The position numbers were made by a program, and so were the translations under genes. 64,000 nucleotides of DNA from Vermamoeba vermiformis (taxonomy: Eukaryota): contig JBEWZL010000232.1 of the NCBI GenBank assembly GCA_045837725.1, forward strand, positions 434,001 through 498,000. The letters run 5' to 3'. Within the stretch, counting starts at the first letter, position 1; every line of letters begins with the position of its first letter. Shown one piece after another: positions 25,257-36,412 of this stretch. The notes beneath the pieces were generated by a model that was not told where the DNA came from, made no database searches, and saw only the letters and a program-made list of their open reading frames with translations.

Positions 25257-28200
25257 ATGAGCACGAGAGAACAGAGAAGACTATCAACTATCTTGACACA
25301 TTTAGGTGTCAATGAAAATAGTTGCATTGATAGACAGGAGACCTCTGGCAAAGAGCTCGCGTTAGACTACAAGCAGATCTTAGTTGAGGAGAGAAAGAAG
25401 GCCACGTTTGATTCCAAGCAACTTAACTATTTATTGGATGGTGGACAAGACGTGACATTATTAAAACAAAAGGCAAATAAGATTTTGGAGCAAGATCCGA
25501 TCTTGAGCCAACGATATTTTGGAAAGACAAGAGATGAAACTCTCCAATTGTACGTAAATAATTTTATAGTAACTGAGGGTTTTCTAAATTAATATTTATA
25601 TTAAATTTTGCAACGGTAACTTCGCTAATCCTCTATCAAAATTCATTAAAAATCTGGTTTATGCCTAATAATTTATTAATGACCAGAATATGCTTTATTT
25701 AATACTCGTACATTCATCTAAATTTCTATTTGCCTGCCAGGACAATGGCTAAAGTACGTCGCTTCTTGTCTCTGAAGCAATCATTACCTACAAAAGAGGC
25801 AGAAGCACTTTGGATCCAAGCAGCTTACAGCGATGAATCATTTGGTATGAGAGCAGGTGTTCAGAGCTTGCTAGTTGAAAAAACACTGGCGTTGCACGCG
25901 CATCCAGAGATCAACGGTACAGAACTGCTAGAAAAAGTCAGAAAGTGGGAGGTAAGTTTCGTGCATATGAAATATTTTAGAATTTGATTTAAATCATTTC
26001 ATTTTGAAATCGCGCCATTACGAAACGACATCTGCAGATTGAATCCATTTTTCCTGCCACCCGTTTTATTATTTTGAGTTTTGAAGGACCCAATAAGGGT
26101 TCCAAAAATTTGGTCATGTCAGTGACATCGACCTTATCTGCTTGGAAGTTCTCAACGAGCAATACTCCAAATCTGCCGAGACATCATGTTTCGGAGTGAT
26201 CGCCCCAAGCGCAAGGATGAAAATAACCTACTACGGTTACCCGCTATTTATGCTGTTCGCCGCAAATAACTATTGTGGTTCTTTTCTGTCGTGAAACAGT
26301 AAGGCGATCTCTCTGAATCTGCAGTTCGTAATCTATGATTGGTAATTTAATCAATTTGGATAGAAAGATCTTGTTTTAACCACCATCAAAGAATTTTTTT
26401 GACTTATGCGGATAACGCGAGTACCACAATAATTTAACGTCGGTTTGGAATTCCTCCACAAAACGGCAAATTGAGCCAGAGTTGTTTTGTAGGCTTGCGT
26501 TGGGCAATAATAGCCCCCTCGTCTGTCACTTCGGTGATTTCAACTCAACTTAATGAACTAACCTTCAATTCGAGTGGATGTGCGTGTAACTCGCACCCGA
26601 GCCTACTATCTTTTTTTTTTGACCGGCAAGAAATCTCTTTCCTACTGAACTTTTTACTTGTTTCGCATAATGAACTATTTCTGTACTTTCGGCCACAAAA
26701 TTTCCATTCCCATTTGGTTCTGAAATTTGTGGTTGGGGCAAAAACCGTCCGAACTTTCTTACCATAATTTTTTGGTAAACAAACATTGGCCAAAACAAAA
26801 TACGTTGTACGCCATTGCATGTTTTGAGAAGGTGCCCTGTAACCGCGCTTCATCGTTTATTTCGTTATTGATTTCCAATGATTCATAATACAACAACCAC
26901 AAAGAAAATTTCTATACTTCGGACTTAAGGCTACTGGGCCTGCAATGCAGGTCTGGTAGTCTTTGCCGCAGGATGCGCGATACGCAATCACTTTCTTTTT
27001 GCTTTTTGGGATCAGATTCAACATCTCGCAACGCATTAGTTTGTAAAGCTTTCTCATTTATTATTAGATTATTGGCTGCTATGGCATGACTGAAATGGGT
27101 CAAGGATCTAACTTGCGCTTTCTCGAAACGACAGCCACTTACCGTGAAGATCTGGAGTCGTTCGAGATCAATAGTCCAACTGTTACTTCTGGTACGTACA
27201 TCTCGTCATAAATATCATAACTATATAGCCATATTATTTGCACGAGACAAATTTGTCGGGGGTCGGGCGATCCACCAAATCGAGGATCCGTTTTGATGGA
27301 CTCAGAAATTCTTTTCACACTTAGTATCCTACTAACACTCGTAAATATTATAGCTAAGTGGTGGCCTGGACTTTCAGCGCACACTGCCACACATGCCCTT
27401 GTCTTTGCACGCCTGCTCGTGAAGGACGAAGATCATGGTCCGCACATCTTTGTCGTGCCTATTCGACGCGTAGATGACCACAGAATCATGCCACACGTGA
27501 CTATTGGTGAAATAGGCAGCAAGATGGGTCGTAATGGTGTTGATAGTAAGTAAATTCATTCATAGTAACGTTATGACAAGTCACGGATCTGACAACTAAC
27601 TATTTGCTTTTTCTAATTAGATGGATGGTTCAGATTCGAAAATGTCGTTGTGCCTCGTACCAACATGTTGATGCGATTCACTCAAGTATTGCCTGACGGC
27701 ACTGTCAAGAAGAGTGGTATCACTCAATTAGCTTACGTAAGTCAACTGAAATCTTACCCTCAAGACTAATCGATGTCTAATAAGAAACGCATTATATGAC
27801 CGTTACTAACTCCTATTGTTTTGCAGAGTGCGTTGATCGGTGGTCGTGTGACGTTTGCCAAGGCAGCAGCTGAGATCGTGAAGCGTGCCATCACCATTGC
27901 TATTCGTTACAACTGCGTGCGATTAGTGAGTCAAATTCCTAGCGATAAGAAGACAGCAAGCATTCTTGACTTCCAAGTGCAACAAGCCTCGTTATTGCCT
28001 ATTTTGGCAACGACTTACGCCATTCACTTCGGATCCGTTGCTCTCCACGAACGCTATCAGGACTTGATTGCCAAATTAAGCAATAACAACCAAAGCAATG
28101 ACAATTCTACGATTGGCTTGTTGGCAAGAATTCACGCCGAAGCTGCGGGATTGAAGAGTTGGACCACTGATTGGGCCACTGTTGCGCTCGAGACATCTCG

Positions 28201-29091
28201 TGCTAGTCTCGGTGGACATGGTTTTGCCCATTACGCCGGCATTGCCTCCCTTTTGGTAAGCACGTGAAAATATTTCCTTATTTAGTAATTGAGAAATTCG
28301 ATTCGAAATTACCTCCTTAAAAGCGATCAAACCTTTATTTACACCTTAATACAATGTATAGATATTAATGTATGCGTATTTAGGGTGATTGGGGAGTTAG
28401 TGTGAGTGGCGAAGGATCGAATCCAGTCATGTACTTGCAAACCGCGAGATTTTTAATGGGCCAGCTGTTGCAGTCGTTTAAGAAGGGCAAAGCATTAGAC
28501 AACAACAAGTTGGAGGTCGCTGAGTGGAACAAAGAGATGTTGTTGGACACCAAGCTTATTGTCAAGATCTGGCAGCACGTGGTCGACTTTTTTGTCAAAC
28601 AAACTGCTATGAGCATGCAGGGCAAGCCTCGTGCCGAAGCTATGGCCCAAAGTCAAGTGCCTCTTAACAGATGCGCAGAATTGTTCTCAATTTCATTGCT
28701 CGTCAAGGACTTTGCTGCCGCTGTTGAAAAACTGCCAGCTAGCTCGATCAAATCCAGCTTGACCAAGTTAGTTCAACTCTTTGGTTTGTACTGGTTGCAA
28801 CAACACTCTGGTGCCGTAGTTGAAAGCGAAGCCATTAAGCCCAATCAATTAGTACTGCTAAGAGAGTTGGTCTTGGAACTCTGCGCTCAAATCCGACCTG
28901 AAGCCGTGGCATTAGTTGATGCGTTTGGCATTAGTGACTTTATTTTGAATAGCACTCTTGGTGTATACGATGGTGACGTCTATAATAAGACCTTAGAGCA
29001 CGTAACGAAGTTGTATCCGCGAACAGATCTCCCACCAAAGTACTGGGAGCGCGAAATTAAGCCTTTAACTAACCCTCAACACCATAAATAA
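25257..29091 (+). CDS. Peroxisomal acyl-CoA oxidase with N-terminal PTS2
   Basis: [57 protein letters not shown]-terminal RLSTILTHL matches RLx5HL. Confidence 0.93.
26017..26963 (+). ncRNA. Candidate large structured intronic RNA (unassigned)
   Basis: Multiple nested and long-range helices, several with G-U pairs favouring the + strand, inside 1116-nt intron 25952-27067. Confidence 0.5.
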
Positions 29092-29183
29092 GCTAATAAA
29101 GAATCATTTCCAAAATTAGAAATCGTGCCACGTAACAGACGAACAAGTCTAAAATTCCTTCATTGTTTATTTACTTGTAAAGG

Positions 29184-32100
29184 ATGGCAACAAATGGAGT
29201 ATCGTATAAGCAACTATGGTATTTTAATACTTACTATAACATACAATTATTAATATGCTCTAATATTCTCATTAAATACGTAGTTTGGCTGCTCACGCGT
29301 ACTTGCAACAAAATAATTTTGCAGAGGCGAAGAAAATATTAATTATAGCTGCCCACCATTTCCCTAACGAGCCACATGGTAAATAAGTGCACCATTTAAT
29401 TATTATAATTATTTGGAATTTTTTTGAGTTTGACATTTAATCGGATCCAGGTTTCTACGCCCCTGTTTACTAACTAAAATTAACAATAGCGTGGGCAACA
29501 TTAGCTGATATGCATTTAAGAGAAAGAGACGTTGAAAATGCCCTTGTGTATTTAAAACGAGTCACAGAGCTAATGCCAAACGAACTGACCATTCTAAATT
29601 CATACGCAGCGAATTGTTTAACAGCTGGAAAATTCGAAGAAGGAATAGAGGCATTTAAAAAGTACGTTATTAATAATTTATTCAACGTAATTGAAATTTA
29701 ATCGGATCTTTCTGTAGGATTGAAAAGTTGACCAAGAATAATCATTTGAGTATGCGATGTATTGCATATGGATATAGAAATTTAGGAGATTTGCATAACA
29801 GTATCGAATATTTCAAAAAGAGTTTGAATGCCGCCAAAGAAGAATTTTTTTCGACACATCCAAAAACAAAAGAAAATAATCAAAAATTCGCTATTGAATT
29901 CCACGGATACTACTATGATTTAATAGCAACACTAGCATTGACTTCACAACCGCACGATATTGTAAAATATTGTGAAGAAGGATTACAGCTGATAGATCCG
30001 GATCAAAACGCAATAGCCTTATTTAGTCTTTCATTTGCATCTACGCTGCAATCGTTAGACTTGCTATCAATGTCATCAAATCAAAGCAATAATACCAAAC
30101 CTAAAGCAGTATCAGTGGCACAGTCCTCCGAAGTGCTTGAAAAAGTCGTGTACTTCAAACAAAACATTGGCCACGCCTATAATATTACTGGAAGAGCTCA
30201 ATTAGCTGCTCAAATATTAACCGTAAGTAATGCATTGCATGTTGATATGAATTGACGTTTGACACGTGTCATTCATCATTCGTTCAGTGAACAGAGATGA
30301 TTTCTTTACGCTGAAACTGACACGTGTCATTAAATATTAAATGTTTTTCACGTGTCAAAATGTCAAATTCTCAAGCTCACGGTTGATTGCTTAAATAGGA
30401 AATTTTGCCGTTCAAGAGCGACGACGCAGATATTCATTTTGAACTTGGAAAATCATACGCGGCACTTGGCAACACGACTGACGCGGAATATCATTTGATT
30501 CGTGCGAATGAATTGCAAGGAATTTCAGAGACTTATTACGCGTTAGCAATTTTACATAGAAAAATGCACAAGTTCAAAAACGCATCCGAAGAATTTTTTA
30601 AAGCATGTGAATTGAATCCCAAAAATGGAAAGTGGTTCGGAGATTACATGTATTCACTGAAAAGCATATGTTTGTGGGAAAAATTCGAAGAATTGAAGTC
30701 GCAATTGTTGTCGCGAATGGACGAAGAATTAAACAAAAACAACGGCGAGGTGATTGTGCATCCGTTCAGCGCGATAATGTACAATTTTGATACCGACATT
30801 ATATTCAAATTATCAAAAGCTATGGTATCAATACTGGAAGAAAAAGTTGTGCCGTTCAAGCACGAAAGACCAACGGATCCAGAAAATAGCCTAAAAAGGA
30901 AACTCAGAATTGGATACGTCTCATCGAATTTCTTGAACCACGCACAAGGCAATCAATTAGCAAATTATTTCATGAACCATAATCGAGATCATTTCGAGAT
31001 TTATGCGTACAACTTGCAAATCGCCGGATCCATCGGTGCCAAAATTCAGGTACAATTTTAATTTGATTTGCTCTCGTCAAAGTTTAACAAATATTTCCTT
31101 TTATAGCAAGAGACGATTAAGAATCAAGTCGATCATTTCATCTCGTTAGTGGAACTTAATGACCAAAAAGCCGCACAAACAATACTCGAGGACCGAATTG
31201 ACATTCTGATCGATTGTTGTGGTCACGTGGATGAAAACAGAATAGCAATATTTGCATATAAACCTGCTCCTATTCAAATCGAGTGGCTCGGTAAGAGTCC
31301 ATTATTTGACACTTCATTTTGACACGTGTCAATTCAATAGTTCAATCAGCAATTCGAATCTAACGACTATTTTAGGCTACCCGTCGACTTCAGCGGCTAA
31401 ATTTATGGATTATTACGTCGGTGATAAAATTTCAACGCCAAAGGAGCTGTGGCCGTATTTCAGTGAAAAAATCATCACGATGCCGCACACGTACCAAGTC
31501 ACAGAGCATAAAAAACAATATCCCGATATATACTCTGGTACGGTATTAATTCTTCGGTCGATAATAAGGATTTTTAAACTGACCGAGCTCTGCTTAGAAA
31601 AACAACTCGCTGAATTTATGGAACTTTTGAAGCACAAAGAGAAAGAATTTCTCGGCGAAGGTTACGAAGTTCTGTTATCTAAAAAAGGCAAGTTAATAAC
31701 GCATTGCGTCATAATACGAGTATGCAAAATTTTGCTAACTTTTTGGCAGACAAAGGAACATTCGTGTTTTGCAATTTTAATCAGGCAGTGAAGATCGATT
31801 CAACGACATTCGATGTGTGGATGAAGATTTTAAAGCGCGTTCCAAACAGCGTAATGTGGCTGATCAATCTCGCTGACGATGCGATACCTGTACTTAAAGC
31901 ACATGCACATAACAGAGGAATCAATCCAGACAGGTACTAAATCGATATTATACATATGCTAGGGACTTAATAATCATATTATAAGGCTTTTGTTCGCGCC
32001 GAGCACATCTAAGTTAATGCACGTGTTGCGAATGCGAGTGTTCGCGGACCTCTTGTTGGACACGCCAGTGTATAATGCTCATACTTCAGCGGGTAAGAAC

Positions 32101-32459
32101 AGTTTATTATTATATCACTAGGGTCCTGTTATACTATTATAGGTGACGCGTTATGGGCCGGTGTTCCTATAATCACATTACAAGGTCACAACATGGCCTC
32201 TCGCGTGTGTGCCTCAATGCTTCACGCAGCGAACTGTACCGACACAATTGTAAATAATTATCAAGAATACGAAGATTTGGCCGTAGAACTCGCAACAAAC
32301 AAAACTAAGTTCGATCAGCTAAAACAACGGACGATTGAAAATATCAAAAAATCTCCTTTGTTCGATACGCAACAGTACGTCAAAGATTTTGAAACAGCAT
32401 TGAAGAGGACATGGCAAATATATTGTGAGGGTCGAAGCGCGGAGCATTTCGAAGTTTAG
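29184..32459 (+). CDS. TPR + GT41 O-GlcNAc transferase-like (OGT/SEC-like)
   Basis: TPRs, then LRIGYVSSNFLNH, PAPIQIEWLGYP, FCNFNQAVKID, LDTPVYNAHT, DALWAGVP, MASRV. Confidence 0.9.
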
Positions 32460-32572
32460 CAAAGTTATCCTTTTACCGCAAAAAATAAATCGATTTTCCA
32501 AACAACACTATTTTTCTTAAGAATAATTGTTAAAGGGTGGTTGTATAATTATTTACTTACGAGATTTTTCAG

Positions 32573-33200
32573 CTTTGAGAGCCGAAATTACTTTGGCAGA
32601 TAAATCAGTTGCGGCTGAAATATTGGATGCGGGTGATCTCGAGGGCCAAGAGATGCAGGACCTTTTTGTACGTATTATACTAAAATATAGGAGTTTAACT
32701 AAGCTTTTTATTATTAAAAACAGATGAGAAAGGGCGATGGCTTTTTGCTTGTGTACAGCGTAACAGATCGAACTTCGTTTACCTATTGCACCGCTTTGTT
32801 CGAAAAAATACAAAAGTAGGTACCGCCATGATTATTCAAATATCAGAATTTCCTTATTTCAAGCTGATTGCTCCAAAGACCTTTACGCGGCAGATCTGCT
32901 CAAACTTTTTTTTTCTTATTTTACGTTTGTTGCGAGCATTTAATTGACGAAATTTCTTCATTAATTAGCATGAGGGCTGGAGAACCCCCGCTCGTTGTTC
33001 TCGTCGGAAATAAGTCGGATGCAGGAGATCGCGTAGTTTCAACCGCTGAAGGCGAAGAACTTGCTAAACAACATGGCTGGCTGTTCTTTGAAACATCGGC
33101 CAAGAACAATATGAATGTTGATGCAGTGTTTCACGAGATTGCGCAGATAATAGATGATCATGTAGTCATAACTGTTAGAAAGAAAAAAGCCCAATTTTAA
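32573..33200 (+). pseudogene. 5'-truncated Ras-like GTPase copy
   Basis: Three exons with VGNKSD and ETSAK; no ATG or P-loop exon between the OGT stop (32459) and the first acceptor; G3 degenerate (LDAGD). Confidence 0.6.
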
Positions 33201-33397
33201 AAAAAATTTCAAAGCGAATCCACTTCCGTTCTTATTTAATGCATTTTCTGCTTGCGTTATCTCTTCCATATATATGCTATTCTCATTTGTTGGACTGCCA
33301 TATTCATCACTACGAAAGTTAATTGTACGGCAAAGTCAACGAAGTAAATTTCGATAGCAGTTGAACCCGAAAAACTTATTTATTTAATTAAATTGCA

Positions 33398-34427
33398 ATG
33401 GGTAACATTAGTGACAAACCTATTCCAGTAAGATTATCGTTCTAATTATTTTATTGCTAACCGTGGCTTTTCAAGGCGGAAAGCAAATCTGCGCAAACAA
33501 CCGCAGTTGCTAGCGATGAATCCTACAAAATTGTATTTTTAGGAGCAGCTGCCTCGGGAAAATCTGCTCTAATTAATCAATATGTATCACAAGGTATGGC
33601 TCGTGAGAAAATTGATTTAAATTTGAATAATTAATAATAATTCAATTTATTAGTCTTTATCCGCGAATACGAACCTACGATAGAAGAGAGTACGTAAAAA
33701 TCTAGAAAATGCAAAATCGAATCGGATGTAACAAGAGGATCCTTTTTTAAATAAGATTAAGCCTTTGCGTTAAATCATACGAATTATTCGATCGAAATAT
33801 TACAATATTGTAATATTTTTATAGGCTACAGCAAGCAAGCAGAATTTTCCGGCAGATCTGTTACGTTGTCGATTTTAGACAGCAGCGGACATGAATCGTA
33901 TACAGCAATGCTTGACTCCTGGGTACGCCTATTCATATGAATAAGGACATATCAATACTGGTCATCAAAGCTAATATTTAACAGTTGCGCGTTGGACAAG
34001 GTTTTGTTGTAGTTTACAGCGTTAATAACAGACAATCCTTCTATAAGTGCCCTGAAATTTACAATCAAATAGTAAAGTATGCAAATATAGTTACAATAAA
34101 TACTATTACCTCTGCTGGGATCGAATTTCATTTCCGCATCCCCGCATCCGAAATTGAATTCTGTTTAGAATGCAACAAATAAACTAATTAAATATTATTT
34201 TCACTAGATGTAAAGATACGGAGCATGTTCCTATCGTATTTGTCGGAAATAAGTCCGATATGGCGGATCGCGAAGTTTCAACCGCTGAAGGCGAAGAACT
34301 CGCAAAAAAGTATGGCTTGCCGTTCGTTGAAACATCAGCCATGCACAGCTTGAATGTCGATCTAGTGTTTCAAGAGGTCGTAAGGCTTATTGAAAAAACT
34401 ACGCGAAGTGTAACAGTAAAAAAATAA
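33398..34427 (+). CDS. Ras-family small GTPase, six exons, no CAAX
   Basis: GAAASGKS, EYEPTIEES, LDSSGHE, VGNKSD, ETSAM; ends ...SVTVKK*. Confidence 0.88.
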
Positions 34428-34641
34428 TTGAACGGATCGATTTCGCGGTCACCAAACAACTTATAGCATAATATATTATTTTAATCCATTGGTCATGTGC
34501 GACTAATAATTATAAGAAATATGAATAATTGCAATGTAATCGGCAAACAATAGTTTTTGACGAATCCAGCCAAAGACCTGCTTCTCTTTGCCCGACGTAA
34601 TTGCTATTTAGCAATAGTGAATATATATATTGGTGTAGAAT

Positions 34642-36352
34642 GGGAGGCGTAAAACTCCTGTCGGTTTTCAATTTAAACCGACAGTTTTTTTGAAGACCTA
34701 CAATCCGTCTGTCTGCCGGTTTTCTTCCGTCGGTTTTAATTCCGTCGGTTGGTGTCGGTTTTGTTCGCTTATCGAAGCTCTGGGGCCACGGAATTGAACC
34801 ACAAAGTAGTAGCGGGGTGAAATAAAATAAATTTATTGTTACAACAACGAATCTACCAAGAATCGCTGCAGATCAGCGTCAGGTATTTCAAACGAATTCT
34901 ACTCCTTGCGTATCTCTGCCAGTTTATTATTATCACAGGCTAATTAACTTACGTTTGGTCATTCCCAAGGCTCGTTTTTCCTGGCCGCGATCGAATCCAG
35001 ATCAAGATTGTTGCACCACGGTACTATTTTGTTTCGTCGCCCAGTACCAATCATTTTTGTGATTAATTCCTCCTCAGTGTAGCTAATTGATTCCAACAAG
35101 AGCTGATGTCATCTTCAATAAGGTGGGAATGCTTTTCGGATCGTTGTGTACCGACGGATCGGGCAAAATTATCTTATTTAAGGGGTGACCAAATCGATTC
35201 TCGGATGAATAGCTATGCGTTGATTTTCTGATGGCTGATAGCATAATAATGCTCTCTTTGGAAGCTTTGCCATGAACGATCTTGATCTCGCGTTGTTGAA
35301 ATTTATCAACAAGCACTTCTGGAACCTCGAAATATCATTAGATATCGCTTCAGTATAAACCAGCATTATATAAATTTTTTTTGTACCTTTATTTTCTGTC
35401 CGGGTCGCAAACAGATTGCGAGATATTGTTTGTACTTCGTCATCATGTGGCACGGGGTATTCTTTGGCAGTAGTTCGCCCAGGAGCATCATAAAGACTGT
35501 AATCAGTTTCGCTTTGATACACAAAATTAGTACAGTCTTATTCGGCTGATATTGTCTCTTCTTGTGCTGTATTTTCCAAAAGTGCGCACGTGTTAAGATC
35601 TGATTTCGATAAAAGTAGAGCGATATCTTTGAGCTCAAAACCAGTCTGCAAAATTTACTTACTTATCGTTGATGCTCTTGGTGATGATATGAGGCTCTAT
35701 ACGACATAGTAAGTCAAATGAAGTGAATACGGTTTTCGAACTTACTGAACCTCTTTGCTAGCAATATCGAAGCACTAATAATTAATAAGAGGAAGAAGCA
35801 CCACAGCACTAATGTCTTGCGTTCTTGTGAGCTCCGTAATGAGACGTATATCGTCGATCCCTTGCTTTGGCGATCCGGCCGAGCCATCTTCGAGGGTGTT
35901 GTCTTTCTCAGCAATTGTCCGTAATTTTTTCTCAAGCAAAGTAAAACAGCTTGGCGAAATCAGGAACTTTTGGTTCGCTGTTAAACGGAACGAGATCAGA
36001 TCAAAAGTTGGGAAAAGCGATCACGAAATTAACACTAATAAACAGTAATAAAATTCGGGTAATAATTTTAAAATTAATGACGTACCATAGCATCACCAGA
36101 TTCGTTTACAGTAGGACAGATCATGACGCTGACGGTGTTTAATCCAACAAAAGGGTGAGAAATAAGGCGGAATATGCCTATGACCCGCACAATAACGTTA
36201 TTCTGCATGCCTTCTGTGGTATATAAGCGGCGGTTCATGTCGGTTTGAGGTCCGCGCCGGCGTATTTTCTGAAAACCGCCAGACAGACGGATTGTAGGTC
36301 TTTAAAAAACTGTAGGTTTAAATTGAAAACCGACAGGAGTTTTACGCCTCCC
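34642..36352. mobile_element. Non-autonomous TIR DNA transposon (MULE- or hAT-like), 8-bp TSD
   Basis: Inverted repeats 34642-34724 and 36271-36352 (3 substitutions, 1 indel); TGTAGAAT directly repeated at 34634-34641 and 36353-36360. Confidence 0.92.
34835..36125 (-). pseudogene. Decayed intron-containing gene fragment inside the TIR element
   Basis: GT..AG-bounded coding-like segments with in-frame stops and frame changes; AATAAA near 34830; no recognisable DDE transposase. Confidence 0.5.
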
Positions 36353-36412
36353 TGTAGAATGATATGATAGGCGGTAGTGTTCGTTGCGCGTTCAATTTTA
36401 AAACAAATTTTT

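Noticed and set aside
26209-26220. GCGCAAGGATGA identical to part of U6 snRNA
   Set aside because: No ACAGAGA box or AGC triad context upstream
26144-26480. RNase P-like GGAAGTTC, AGAAA and TGGAA words
   Set aside because: No properly pairing P4 3' strand or CR-V found
26545-27103. Minus-strand ORFs in the ACOX intron
   Set aside because: Short, overlapping, no recognisable domains or splice pattern
35255-35295. EIKIVHGK resembling Ginger-type integrase
   Set aside because: Following SQGxVER motif is absent and the TSD is 8 bp, not 4
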